Source: an uncultured Muribaculaceae bacterium
GTDB lineage: Bacteria > Bacillota_I > Bacilli_A > RF39 > UBA660
Length of the DNA stretch: 49,024 bases
Reading direction: 5' to 3'
NCBI GenBank assembly: GCA_964546995.1
Contig: CAZJKO010000003.1
Coordinates: 1 to 49,024, forward strand
The position numbers were made by a program, and so were the translations under genes. The notes under the pieces are model-generated. The model was not told the origin of the DNA and did no database searches. It saw only the letters and a program-made list of their open reading frames with translations. The stretch's first letter is position 1; every line of letters begins with the position of its first letter. Positions 34,785-43,472 of this stretch are shown one piece after another.

Positions 34785-35267
34785 ATGTTGAGTGCTGATG
34801 TTGTTGCTAAATATTTCTTGTCTAAAGATCCAAATCGAATCTTATTTAATAATCATGTTGTCACTAAAAATGATAGAAAATTTTATGAAGGCAATGCTCG
34901 ATTAAATAAATATTTGTTTTTATCTCAAGTTGTGTATTTGGCAAAATATGAAACAAAATTAATTTCTGATCCTTTTGTTGCGTATGATAATGGTCCCGTT
35001 GTCAAGGAAGTTGTTGAGGAATATCCATTTCTTGTTTCGAGAAATGAGACTATTGATGTTCCTTTAACAGTAAAGGCATTTTTGGATAAGATTTATGAAG
35101 CTTTGAAGGATGCTTCTTATGATGAATTGATTGAAATAACTCATGAAGATCCAGAATGGATTCGATTAAGTAATGAAACGTTTCGTGCTCCAATCATGAA
35201 TTTAGAAAACAACATTTTAGAATATAAACAAAGATATAAAGGATTAATAGAAGCATTAAAAATATGA
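34785..35267 (+). CDS. Panacea (DUF4065) domain antitoxin-like protein (SocA/GepA/PanA type)
   Basis: 160 aa from the ATG at 34785, which is 9 nt after GGGAGG (the track start TTG 34776 abuts the RBS). LNKYLFLSQVVYLAKYETKLISDPFVAYDNGPVVKEVVEEY is the hallmark DUF4065 core (KL.yl....f.Aw.yGPV...vy). Confidence 0.75.
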   Translation: MLSADVVAKYFLSKDPNRILFNNHVVTKNDRKFYEGNARLNKYLFLSQVVYLAKYETKLISDPFVAYDNGPVVKEVVEEYPFLVSRNETIDVPLTVKAFLDKIYEALKDASYDELIEITHEDPEWIRLSNETFRAPIMNLENNILEYKQRYKGLIEALKI

Positions 35268-35722
35268 TAAATACAGTTGATATCGAAGTTGGGCAAGTAT
35301 TGTGGCTTAAAGTTAGATATCAAATCGATGTTGTTTCTTTCGAAAAACACCCTATGTTAGTTGCCAAAATTAACGATGAATATATCGAAGTGATTGCACT
35401 AGATAAAACATTGGGTAAAATGCATCAACTGTTTCATCGCTATAATTATTATATTGATTCTGATCATCCTAAAGAAACGGTTATTTTTCAAGATAGTTAT
35501 GCACAACTAAATACAAAATTGACAATAGATAATATCGATGAATTGAAATTTTCTAGAAAAACGTTAAATAAACTTTCTGTTCATAAACTAAATGATGTTT
35601 TGTTGGAATATGAGAACTATCAAAACAAATATGGCGTTGATGAACAGAGAATTGTTCATATGACAAAGGATGAAATTCTATATTTGAATCCGTATTTACA
35701 AGAAGATTTTGTCGTAGAGTAA
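35264..35722 (+). CDS. Unassigned 152-aa protein, candidate toxin partner of the Panacea antitoxin
   Basis: The ATGA overlap with the upstream gene suggests translational coupling. The N-terminal VGQVLWLKVRYQ...EKHPMLVAKINDEYIEVIAL, and later AQLNTKLTIDNIDELKFSRKTLNKLSVHKLNDVL, loosely recall the MazF/PemK layout (weak, by eye). Confidence 0.55.
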   Translation: MINTVDIEVGQVLWLKVRYQIDVVSFEKHPMLVAKINDEYIEVIALDKTLGKMHQLFHRYNYYIDSDHPKETVIFQDSYAQLNTKLTIDNIDELKFSRKTLNKLSVHKLNDVLLEYENYQNKYGVDEQRIVHMTKDEILYLNPYLQEDFVVE

Positions 35723-35743
35723 AATGATCCTAAGGGATTTTTT

Positions 35744-36691
35744 TTATTTGATGAGACTTCCTTTTTCACAACGGTTGCCCCAGCTATCGATTAGTTTTCC
35801 ATCTTGTTTGATGCAGATGATTTCACAGTGGTTAGGACATCTTCCACATTCTACTCCTTCTGTTTTGAAGTTTCGTTCTGTCATGTTGAAGTCGAATATT
35901 TTTTCTTCTTTTTTGTCTTTTGCTAAAATGGCTACTCCTAATGCCCCCATTAAGTGTCCGTTTTCATCGACGATGATTTCTTCTCCCGTGATATCTTCAA
36001 AGGCTTTTTTTACTCCGATGTTTTTGCTTACGCCACCTTGGAAGATGATTGGGGCTTTGATTCTTTTTCCTTTTCCAACGTTGTTTAAATAATTTAGAAC
36101 GACACTTTGGCAAAGGCCTGCGATAATATCTTCTTTTTTGTGTCCCATTTGGGCTTTGTGGACTAAATCACTTTCGGCAAATACTGTGCATCTTGCCGCA
36201 ATTTTGGTTGGTTTTTTACTGGTCAAGGCAATGGATCCGAATTCTTCTACTGGAACATCGAGTCGTTTTGCTTGACTGGATAAAAAGGATCCTGTTCCTG
36301 CAGCACAGAGGGTGTTCATCGCATAATCTGTTACAATACCATTTTCGATTAGAATGATTTTGGAATCTTGGCCACCTATTTCGAAGATGGTTTTGACGTC
36401 TTTATACTTAGAAAGGGTACCAATAGCATGGGCTGTGATTTCGTTTTTGATGATGGAAGCACCTAGTATGGTACCGATCAGTTTCCTTGCACTTCCTGTC
36501 GTACCAGTGCTAACGACGGTTACTTCTTTGTCGATTTGTTTTTTTAAATTTTCTATCAATTCTTTTACGGCTCCTACAGGATTTCCTTTGGTCCAAATGT
36601 AGTCTTTTGCTAGGATGTTATTGTCTTTGTCGATGATGACTCCTTTGGTAGAAATCGATCCAATATCAATTCCGAGATACGCTTTTTTCAT
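35744..36691 (-). CDS. BadF/BadG/BcrA/BcrD-type ATPase (acyl-CoA dehydratase activase-like)
   Basis: 315 aa. The N-terminus YLGIDIGSISTKGVII is an ASKHA phosphate-1 motif. FEIGGQDSK, CAAGTGSFL and GGVSKN follow. The C-terminal Cys cluster is CGRCPNHCEIIC...RCEKG. Confidence 0.8.
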   Translation of the reverse strand: MKKAYLGIDIGSISTKGVIIDKDNNILAKDYIWTKGNPVGAVKELIENLKKQIDKEVTVVSTGTTGSARKLIGTILGASIIKNEITAHAIGTLSKYKDVKTIFEIGGQDSKIILIENGIVTDYAMNTLCAAGTGSFLSSQAKRLDVPVEEFGSIALTSKKPTKIAARCTVFAESDLVHKAQMGHKKEDIIAGLCQSVVLNYLNNVGKGKRIKAPIIFQGGVSKNIGVKKAFEDITGEEIIVDENGHLMGALGVAILAKDKKEEKIFDFNMTERNFKTEGVECGRCPNHCEIICIKQDGKLIDSWGNRCEKGSLIK

Positions 36692-37760
36692 TTTTTCTTC
36701 CTTTCTTCATTTCTAACATGTCATAGAATGCTTCCAATCTAGTTTTGATTCCTTCTTGTGATGTTTGATTGTCAAATGAAAAGTAGATGATGGGCATTTG
36801 ATAATCAGAACATACTTTTTGAATGATGGGGATAGCACCGATTTCTGGGGTACAACCAAAGGGTTTGGTATGAATGATGCCATCGAAGTTGTGATCGATC
36901 AACCATTTGGTACGATAAATATTGTCTAATCCGTCGGCTCCAATTGTGTATTTACAGTAATCTTTGACTTCTTTTAACATTTTTTTGGTTTTCCATCGTT
37001 TCCAAAATAGTAGGTAAGATACATTGGTGAAGCGTTTGATTTCGATGTGCATTTTAGCAAGTGTTTTTTCTAATTCGTAGCTTGCTTGTGGTTCCATAGC
37101 CGTGTAAAGTTCGCCAATAATGCCAATTTTCATGCAGTTTTCTTTCTTTTTGATCGGAAGACGAAGGAAGGCTTTTTTATATTTATAATAATTCCATAGA
37201 AGAGTAATCGGGTTATTACATTTGGTGAAGTGTTCTTCTGTTTCTTTTTTTAAGTCGATGAAGCTATTGGTTTTGACTTCAAAGCCGATATTTTCTCGAA
37301 TGTATTCATCGATGTTATCGAATAATTGAATCATGATGAATGCCATTAAAAAGTAATGGGCAAACTTGATGAACGATAAGTGTTTATTGATTTGTTTCAT
37401 CATATGGTAGACTCTTCTTATCGATACATCTTTTCCAGTTAAACTATAGAATTTGAAATGATAACCTAAATCTTTTAGTATTTGTTCTTGAACTTCAGCG
37501 TAGTAACCATATCTACATCCTCCTCCTGCTTGGACTAAGATGTTGGCTCCATTTTCTAGGGATTCGAGGAAGTTTCCTAGATTGTATTTGAAAGGAACAC
37601 AGACGAAATCTGGTGCATATTTGCTTCCTAGTTCAATTGTTTTTTTGGTGATGGGTGGTGGAGGTAGGACTTTGGCTTTCGTTAGTTTTTTAAATAAATA
37701 GGTGAATACATGATGGTATTCTCCTAAGTGGGGAAAACTCACTACTTTTTCATCATTCAT
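36666..37760 (-). CDS. Activase-associated protein (2-hydroxyacyl-CoA dehydratase-like / DUF2229 region)
   Basis: 364 aa, overlapping both neighbours (26 nt and 8 nt). FPHLGEYHHVF...DFVCVPFKYNLGNFLE...GGGCRYGYY and FGCTPE motifs are as in the non-ATPase parts of large CoA-substrate-specific enzyme activase proteins (recollection). Confidence 0.6.
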   Translation of the reverse strand: MNDEKVVSFPHLGEYHHVFTYLFKKLTKAKVLPPPPITKKTIELGSKYAPDFVCVPFKYNLGNFLESLENGANILVQAGGGCRYGYYAEVQEQILKDLGYHFKFYSLTGKDVSIRRVYHMMKQINKHLSFIKFAHYFLMAFIMIQLFDNIDEYIRENIGFEVKTNSFIDLKKETEEHFTKCNNPITLLWNYYKYKKAFLRLPIKKKENCMKIGIIGELYTAMEPQASYELEKTLAKMHIEIKRFTNVSYLLFWKRWKTKKMLKEVKDYCKYTIGADGLDNIYRTKWLIDHNFDGIIHTKPFGCTPEIGAIPIIQKVCSDYQMPIIYFSFDNQTSQEGIKTRLEAFYDMLEMKKGRKNEKSVSRN

Positions 37761-38682
37761 GAGATATCACGTTTCCTTTTTGTTGATTTAAGATATCGAC
37801 AAAACTTTCAAGACGGGTATATAGACCTGCTTCGGCATTTAGTTCGTCGATAATGATGGGTAAAATGGGGACACTTTTTACTTTTCTTATGACCATTTCG
37901 TTACAAAGGGAGTCTGGTCCACAGGGGAATGTTGTTAGAAGAACGATGCCATCGACACTTCGTTTATAGTGTGTAATTGCGCCTAAAAGATATCGATTGT
38001 AGGTCCAGTATACATCTTTGGAAATGGTTTCACTTTCAATCTCTAATTCGTCTTTTGGGTAAATATCCGAGTAAATTACTTCGATATCCATACTTTTTAA
38101 ATAGCGAATAATGGGTCGACCAATCAATTCATCGTAGAGGTTATAGGGGTGACCTACGATTAGAATTTTTAACTTTTCTGTGTCTAGTCTTGCTTGTTGT
38201 TTTTCGATCCTCCATTCTTCTCTTTCTTTTTCTTTCCTTTTGGCTTTTTTATAAGCTTTCATGGTTTCAAAAGTTGTGAATCCCAGTTGTTTTCCTATTT
38301 TTAAGAACGCTAAGAGTTCATTTTCGTTTTTTTCAACATCGATATTATAATGAAGTAGTTCAACATCTTTAAATAGTGTATTGACTAAATCGTAGAGGAC
38401 ACTGAAATTGGTACATAGTTTTTCTTTTTTTTCGATACAGTAAAGTCTTGGAACTAAAATATAATCACATTTATTCTCTAAGTTTTTTATGTGTCCTAAA
38501 AATAATTTCATCGATAGACAAGCTTCGTCGATACTTTTTTTGGTCCCTTCTTCTAGTATTTCTTTATTGCTTTTATCACTTACTACGATGTCACAACCTA
38601 ATTCCTTAAAAAAGGTCGTCCAAAGTGTTTGGTACTGATAGAATAGTAATGCTCGTGGAAGTCCTATTGTGATATTTTTCAT
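37753..38682 (-). CDS. Activase-associated protein (DUF2229-like)
   Basis: 309 aa. ITIGLPRALLFYQYQTLWTTFFKELG...DEACLSMKLFLGH and FPCGPDS motifs are present. It is the first gene of the three-gene minus-strand operon, with RBS AAGGAGGA. Confidence 0.6.
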   Translation of the reverse strand: MKNITIGLPRALLFYQYQTLWTTFFKELGCDIVVSDKSNKEILEEGTKKSIDEACLSMKLFLGHIKNLENKCDYILVPRLYCIEKKEKLCTNFSVLYDLVNTLFKDVELLHYNIDVEKNENELLAFLKIGKQLGFTTFETMKAYKKAKRKEKEREEWRIEKQQARLDTEKLKILIVGHPYNLYDELIGRPIIRYLKSMDIEVIYSDIYPKDELEIESETISKDVYWTYNRYLLGAITHYKRSVDGIVLLTTFPCGPDSLCNEMVIRKVKSVPILPIIIDELNAEAGLYTRLESFVDILNQQKGNVISHE

Positions 38683-38740
38683 GACATCCTCCTTATCTCT
38701 ATACTATATGATTGATTTTTTGGTTCTAGTTTTAATCTTA

Positions 38741-38769
38741 TCGACATTTTTTTTATTCCTTGATATAAT
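38741..38769 (+). promoter_or_regulatory. Promoter placed for a leaderless ylmH-like transcript
   Basis: TCGACA (38741-38746), 17-nt spacer, TGaTATAAT (TATAAT at 38764-38769). The ATG at 38776 lies 7 nt after the -10 and has no Shine-Dalgarno. Confidence 0.45.
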
Positions 38770-38775
38770 GGTGTT

Positions 38776-39504
38776 ATGAAAAATAAAAGCCAAGAGACAT
38801 TCGATAGAGATCTTTCGTTTCAAATAGAAGGGGCGATTTCTAAAATAGAAAGACATCTTCCATACCATAGTAAATTTTTAGAAGAAGGGAAAAGACAATA
38901 TTTTGAGAATTGTTTAACGAAAAGACATTTGCCTTACGATGTGTTTTCGTTTCATCCTTTGTGTGAGAAAAAAATCATTTATTATGGGGAGGAACCTTGT
39001 TTTGTTCGATGTTTGGAAATTACGTTTTCTCGTCCTATTCGCCATCAAGATATTCTTGGATGTTTATTTGCACTAGGGTTATCTCACGATGTATTTGGGG
39101 ATATTTTTGTGGAACGTGATCACGCTTACGTTTTGGTTCTTTCCCATCTTTCTTCTTTGTTGATTCAGAATATAAAGATGATAGGGAAGAGTTCGGTATC
39201 CTTAAGAGAAGTTGATCAGATGGTTTTAAAGGAAGAACACTTTTGTTTTTTTCAAGTCGTGGTTCCTAGTTTTCGAATTGATGTGGTTCTTAGTAAATTG
39301 CTTTCTATTTCTAGGACTCTTTCCCTTTCTCTTTTGGGGGATCGTAAAGTGATGATCAATTACCGATTGGTGAGCGATAAGAGTAAGGTATTATCGTTTG
39401 GTGATGTGATTTCGGTTCGAGGGTATGGTAAGTTTCGTATGATGAAGGTAACAGGAACTAGTAAAAAGGGTCATTATTATGTAGAGATGATGAAATATCA
39501 GTAG
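38776..39504 (+). CDS. ylmH: YlmH-like RNA-binding protein (C-terminal S4 domain)
   Basis: 242 aa. The C-terminus FRIDVVLSKLLSISRTLSLSLLGDRKVMINYRLVSDKSKVLSFGDVISVRGYGKF is S4-like. The central RHQDILGCLFALGLSHDVFGDI matches the YlmH pattern. Confidence 0.55.
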   Translation: MKNKSQETFDRDLSFQIEGAISKIERHLPYHSKFLEEGKRQYFENCLTKRHLPYDVFSFHPLCEKKIIYYGEEPCFVRCLEITFSRPIRHQDILGCLFALGLSHDVFGDIFVERDHAYVLVLSHLSSLLIQNIKMIGKSSVSLREVDQMVLKEEHFCFFQVVVPSFRIDVVLSKLLSISRTLSLSLLGDRKVMINYRLVSDKSKVLSFGDVISVRGYGKFRMMKVTGTSKKGHYYVEMMKYQ

Positions 39505-39516
39505 GAGTTGAGTGGT

Positions 39517-40293
39517 ATGAAGCGTGCGTTGGTGTTTGGATTCTTCTTTTTTCTTTTGTTTTTGGGATGGACGGATGTCTATGCGAATCAAAAAGCAATT
39601 AAGAAAAGTCAAGTGTTTTCTTGTGATGGGGTGATGTATGGGTACCATGGGGATCCTATTCATTATCATAAGGTGTTAAAGAAAGGGGATACGTGGTATC
39701 CTGCGGGAGAGGAACTTGATCCTCCTTGTCTTCCCTCTTCCTCTTCTTCTTTTCGCGAAGTAGTAACGCTTAGTAGTTGTGTCGATGGGGATACGGCAAA
39801 ATTTATTACGAGCGATGGGGAAAAGACGACGCGTTTTTTGGCTATCGATACACCAGAGACGGTTCATCCAAAGAAAAAGGCCGAACCATTTGGAAAAGAA
39901 GCAAGTGAATATACTTGCCATGCCCTTAGTCACGCTAAGGAAATCGTTTTGGAGTACGATCCAGGTAGCGAAAAGGTGGATAAATACGATCGGTATTTGG
40001 CATGGGTGTTTGTCGATGGTACTTTGCTTCAACAAAAACTAGTGGAGGAAGGTCTTGCTAGTGTTGCCTACCTTTATGGTGATTATCGTTATACGTCGTT
40101 ACTTCAAGATAGTGAAGCTGTCGCTAAGGTCCATCAAGTAGGTAGATGGAACGAAGACGCGGTTCGATTAAAAGAGACGGAATTAAATCAAAAAGAGGAT
40201 GTTTCGTTTTTCGATTCTTTTTTTGACAAGCTCAAAGAATTTGTTGATAATATCATCGAAGAAATCAGAAAATTCTTTAAAAATTTGTTTTAG
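39517..40293 (+). CDS. nuc: Secreted thermonuclease (staphylococcal nuclease family)
   Basis: The ATG at 39517 lies 9 nt after AGGAG, with signal peptide MKRALVFGFFFFLLFLGWTDVYA. SNase motifs: DGDTAKF, RFLAIDTPE, PFGKEASEYT, DKYDRYLAWVFVDG, LVEEGLA. Confidence 0.85.
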   Translation: MKRALVFGFFFFLLFLGWTDVYANQKAIKKSQVFSCDGVMYGYHGDPIHYHKVLKKGDTWYPAGEELDPPCLPSSSSSFREVVTLSSCVDGDTAKFITSDGEKTTRFLAIDTPETVHPKKKAEPFGKEASEYTCHALSHAKEIVLEYDPGSEKVDKYDRYLAWVFVDGTLLQQKLVEEGLASVAYLYGDYRYTSLLQDSEAVAKVHQVGRWNEDAVRLKETELNQKEDVSFFDSFFDKLKEFVDNIIEEIRKFFKNLF

Positions 40294-40348
40294 TTTCCCC
40301 TGTTGTGTTATAATCGAGATATACATATGAAAAGAAAGAAGGCAAATT

Positions 40349-40825
40349 ATGAAAAATGATACAATAAAGAACGGTGTCATTATTGTTTTGGTATTACTAT
40401 TGGTCATTGGAGGTAGCTTTTTTACGAGCGAACTTACCCGTCGCGAGGAAAGTGTTCCTGCTTCTAGTGAACAGAAAGAGCATACGCCAATTGGAATCGA
40501 TCAATACTTAGCACTTAAAAAGGGAGAAGAAAAGGCTATTATCTATATTGGGCGTCCTACTTGTTCTGCTTGTAAGATGCAGGATCCTTATTTGAAGAAT
40601 GTCGCTTCAGAATATAATTTGACTGTTTACTATTTAAATACGGATGAACTCAGTGCACAAGAACATAGTCAATTGATGGCAAGTGATGCGTACTTTAACA
40701 ATGGGTATGGAACACCATTACTACTAATTGTTCAAAACGATCAAATTATCGATCTTGCACAAGGTGCTAGACAAAAAGATGGTTTGGTAACGTTCTTTAA
40801 GACGAATGGATTTATTCAAGAATAG
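40349..40825 (+). CDS. Membrane-anchored thioredoxin-fold protein (CxxC)
   Basis: 158 aa with an N-terminal TM and the motif IYIGRPTCSACKMQDP (CSAC). GYGTPLLLIV is typical of the thioredoxin fold (cis-Pro region). Confidence 0.65.
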   Translation: MKNDTIKNGVIIVLVLLLVIGGSFFTSELTRREESVPASSEQKEHTPIGIDQYLALKKGEEKAIIYIGRPTCSACKMQDPYLKNVASEYNLTVYYLNTDELSAQEHSQLMASDAYFNNGYGTPLLLIVQNDQIIDLAQGARQKDGLVTFFKTNGFIQE

Positions 40826-40834
40826 AGGGATTTT

Positions 40835-41278
40835 ATGGAAAGTGTATATGAAAAAGCTCTTGCTTTTAAGCAAAAGTATCCTCTTTGTATTGCTTGGCGT
40901 CTTCGGAGGAATGCCTCTATTATCGAGAAGCATCTAAACGAAGGAGAAACGGTCGATTATGTGTTTGTCGCTCAGAAGAACGATAATCCTTTTCACATTA
41001 TTGGTTCTTGTGTTGTTGCCCTTACCAACAAGCGCATTTTAATTGGACGAGATCGCGTGGTGATTGGGTACTTCTTAGATTCGATTACGCCTGATTTGTT
41101 TAACGATTTAAAAGTTAAGGCTGGAATTGTCTTTGGAAAACTTCATATCGATACGATCAAAGAGTTTATTACACTTTCTAATATCGATCGTCGTGCTCTT
41201 CCAGAGATCGAGACAGAAATTTCGACTTTCATGATGGAACAGAAACAAAAATACGGTTTAAATCATCAAGAAAATTAG
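40835..41278 (+). CDS. Bacterial PH-domain-like protein
   Basis: 147 aa. LNEGETVDYVFVAQKN...CVVALTNKRILIG...GKLHID resembles the bPH/YokE-like layout. Weak call. Confidence 0.4.
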   Translation: MESVYEKALAFKQKYPLCIAWRLRRNASIIEKHLNEGETVDYVFVAQKNDNPFHIIGSCVVALTNKRILIGRDRVVIGYFLDSITPDLFNDLKVKAGIVFGKLHIDTIKEFITLSNIDRRALPEIETEISTFMMEQKQKYGLNHQEN

Positions 41279-41282
41279 AAAG

Positions 41283-41317
41283 AATCATTTGTCACTAGGC
41301 AAATGACTCTTTTTTTG
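41283..41317 (+). terminator. Rho-independent terminator
   Basis: TCATTTG-tcactagg-CAAATGA is followed by a CTCTTTTTTT run, 5 nt after the stop at 41278. Confidence 0.6.
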
Positions 41318-41343
41318 TTATACTTTTAATAAGGTGAGAAAAT

Positions 41344-42591
41344 ATGAAGCGAGTATTTTATTTTATCTTGTTACTTTTTATTTTGTTTGTTGTCTATCAG
41401 TTTGTGGTGATGCTTTTTATCGATCATCATCAAGTTAGTTACACTATTGCTCAAGATGAAAAATCTTTTTCGATTACGGAGACTTTTTCGAAAGAGAATA
41501 AACAAGATCACTATTTTTTTGAAATTCAAGAAGGGGATCATTTATTCTATTTTCATTCTAATACTTCGATGGGGAAACGCGATCATGTGATTCAAGCTTT
41601 GGAAGTTTTTTTGCAAAATGATCTATATTGTCTTTATCCTGTTTTAGAAAAGGATACTCCTTCTTCCATTGTTTGTCTTAAAGATGGAAAGCTTGTTTCT
41701 TATGCTTCTTTACGGCAACAAAACAATGTGGATATTGGTTCGTTTGTCGAAATTCTTCAAAATAAGGGATATCAAAATCCAGGGTGGCAAGTATCCTATA
41801 CTTCTAAAGAGTATCGTGGGAAACTTGTCTATCAAGATAATTTGATCGATGGTGAAATTGTTACGTTGTGGAATTATCAAGGATTGGATTTGTATCAAAA
41901 AGAGGATCTTTCTTCTATTTCTCTTCTTTCTAGCGATCGATACGAAAACGATTTTGGTGCTCTTGTTTCTCATTATTACATCATTCCGAATTACGATCAA
42001 AAACACGATTTTAATACGATGTACCTTGTCAATTTATTGGATCACAGTAAAAAGAGTCTCTATTTTGATGACGATATTTCGTTTGATTCCTATGTTCAAG
42101 GAGTTGTCGATTCTAAATACTATTTATTCGATCGAGAACATAAAAAGCAATATGAAATCAATCCGAAACAAGCATCTTCTCGTCTTATTGGAAGTATCGA
42201 TTTAGAGGGACAATACTTCGATGGTGAGTCTTGGTCTAGTGTTCCTATTTCTCGTTTTGTATCAGAAAAACTTACGTTTCCTACCCCTGTTTCTTCTTCC
42301 GTTAAAGAAAAATATCCTGATGCGACCATTTATGAATTCTTCGATCGTTCCTATGTCATTACGCCTCAAAAAGAAGTTTATTTGGTTTATCGAGATCATC
42401 TCGATCATCCTATTTTCTTATTTCAAGATTCTATGATGCAATCGGTTACGTTAAAAGATGGGGCTATTTACTATATTAAAGATAATATTCTTTATCGTTA
42501 TTCAGATATTCATGGATTAAAACCGCTCGTTTCTTACAATGAGTTTCGTTATAATCATCAATACATTTATGATGTATATTTAAGTTATTGA
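41344..42591 (+). CDS. Membrane-anchored extracytoplasmic protein of unknown function
   Basis: 415 aa with an N-terminal TM (VFYFILLLFILFVVYQFVVMLFI). The rest is soluble and Tyr/Asp-rich, with no motif recognised. Confidence 0.6.
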   Translation: MKRVFYFILLLFILFVVYQFVVMLFIDHHQVSYTIAQDEKSFSITETFSKENKQDHYFFEIQEGDHLFYFHSNTSMGKRDHVIQALEVFLQNDLYCLYPVLEKDTPSSIVCLKDGKLVSYASLRQQNNVDIGSFVEILQNKGYQNPGWQVSYTSKEYRGKLVYQDNLIDGEIVTLWNYQGLDLYQKEDLSSISLLSSDRYENDFGALVSHYYIIPNYDQKHDFNTMYLVNLLDHSKKSLYFDDDISFDSYVQGVVDSKYYLFDREHKKQYEINPKQASSRLIGSIDLEGQYFDGESWSSVPISRFVSEKLTFPTPVSSSVKEKYPDATIYEFFDRSYVITPQKEVYLVYRDHLDHPIFLFQDSMMQSVTLKDGAIYYIKDNILYRYSDIHGLKPLVSYNEFRYNHQYIYDVYLSY

Positions 42592-42618
42592 TAACAGAAA
42601 ATGTTATCCATGATGCTA

Positions 42619-42659
42619 GTGAGTTGTTCTTTTCGTCAAGGGAACACTCACATTTTTCT
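42619..42659 (+). terminator. Rho-independent terminator
   Basis: GTGAGT(T)GTTC ... GAACACTCAC is a 10-bp stem with one bulge, followed by ATTTTTC. A smaller hairpin ATAACA-gaaaa-TGTTAT lies at 42591-42607. Confidence 0.55.
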
Positions 42660-42699
42660 TTGTCTAAAAAACGTGGGTAATTTTTTCTTTCTTTTTTGT

Positions 42700-42728
42700 T
42701 TGCAATTCTTCTATAGTTTTTGTATAAT
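42700..42728 (+). promoter_or_regulatory. Sigma-A promoter candidate for the rluB-lspA-rluD operon
   Basis: TTGCAA (42700-42705), 17-nt spacer, TATAAT (42723-42728). RBS GAGGTG is 6 nt before the ATG at 42747. Confidence 0.5.
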
Positions 42729-42746
42729 GTATGCGAGGTGATGGGG

Positions 42747-43472
42747 ATGGAACGTCTACAAAAGGTGATTGCGCATGCTGGAATTGCTTCGAGAAGAAAA
42801 GCGGAAGAAATGATTCAAGCAGGGCGTGTTAAAGTCGATTCTAAAGTTATTTTAGAATTAGGGTATCAAGTTGGACCAAAGCAAGAGATTCGTGTCGATG
42901 ACGTGATTTTGGAAAGAGAGGAGAACGTTTATTTTCTTCTTAATAAACCAAGGGGGGTAGTCACGACAACACAAGATGATAAGAACCGTAAGACCGTGGT
43001 CGATTTCATCGATACAGATAAACGAATTTATCCTGTAGGAAGACTCGATTACGATACCACAGGAGCCATTCTTTTAACCAACGATGGAGAACTTGCCAAT
43101 TATTTGATGCATCCATCTCACCATATCGAAAAAGTATATGTTGCCAAAGTCAAAGGAATTGTCAAGGGCGATACGATCAACCTTTTAAAACGAGGTGTCC
43201 TTATCGATGGAGTGAAAACGGCTAAAGCTCGCGTTAAATTACGACGTGTCGATTTGGTGAAAGAAACATCGATGGTCGAACTTACGATTCATGAAGGAAG
43301 AAATCATCAAGTAAAGAACATGTTTCAAGCAGTGGGTTTTGATGTATTAAAGTTAAAACGAATTCGAATTGGCTTTCTCGATTTGACAGGCTTAAAATCG
43401 GGAGAATACCGTCCCCTTACGAAAAAAGAAGTCGCTACGTTTTATGCGATGATGAAAGAAGGAAAGTCGTGA
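42747..43472 (+). CDS. rluB: 23S rRNA pseudouridine synthase RluB (RsuA family)
   Basis: Starts MERLQKVIAHAGIASRRKAEEMIQAGRV (S4 domain). Catalytic motif VGRLDYDTTGAILLTNDG, plus NHQVKNMF. The track's upstream TTG start lies inside the promoter. Confidence 0.9.
   Translation: MERLQKVIAHAGIASRRKAEEMIQAGRVKVDSKVILELGYQVGPKQEIRVDDVILEREENVYFLLNKPRGVVTTTQDDKNRKTVVDFIDTDKRIYPVGRLDYDTTGAILLTNDGELANYLMHPSHHIEKVYVAKVKGIVKGDTINLLKRGVLIDGVKTAKARVKLRRVDLVKETSMVELTIHEGRNHQVKNMFQAVGFDVLKLKRIRIGFLDLTGLKSGEYRPLTKKEVATFYAMMKEGKS

Noticed and set aside
35724-36092. 122-aa + strand ORF antisense to the activase ATPase gene
   Set aside because: The minus-strand gene has clear ASKHA motifs and operon context. 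The + strand ORF has no RBS and a Ser/Phe/Leu-rich composition typical of an antisense artefact.
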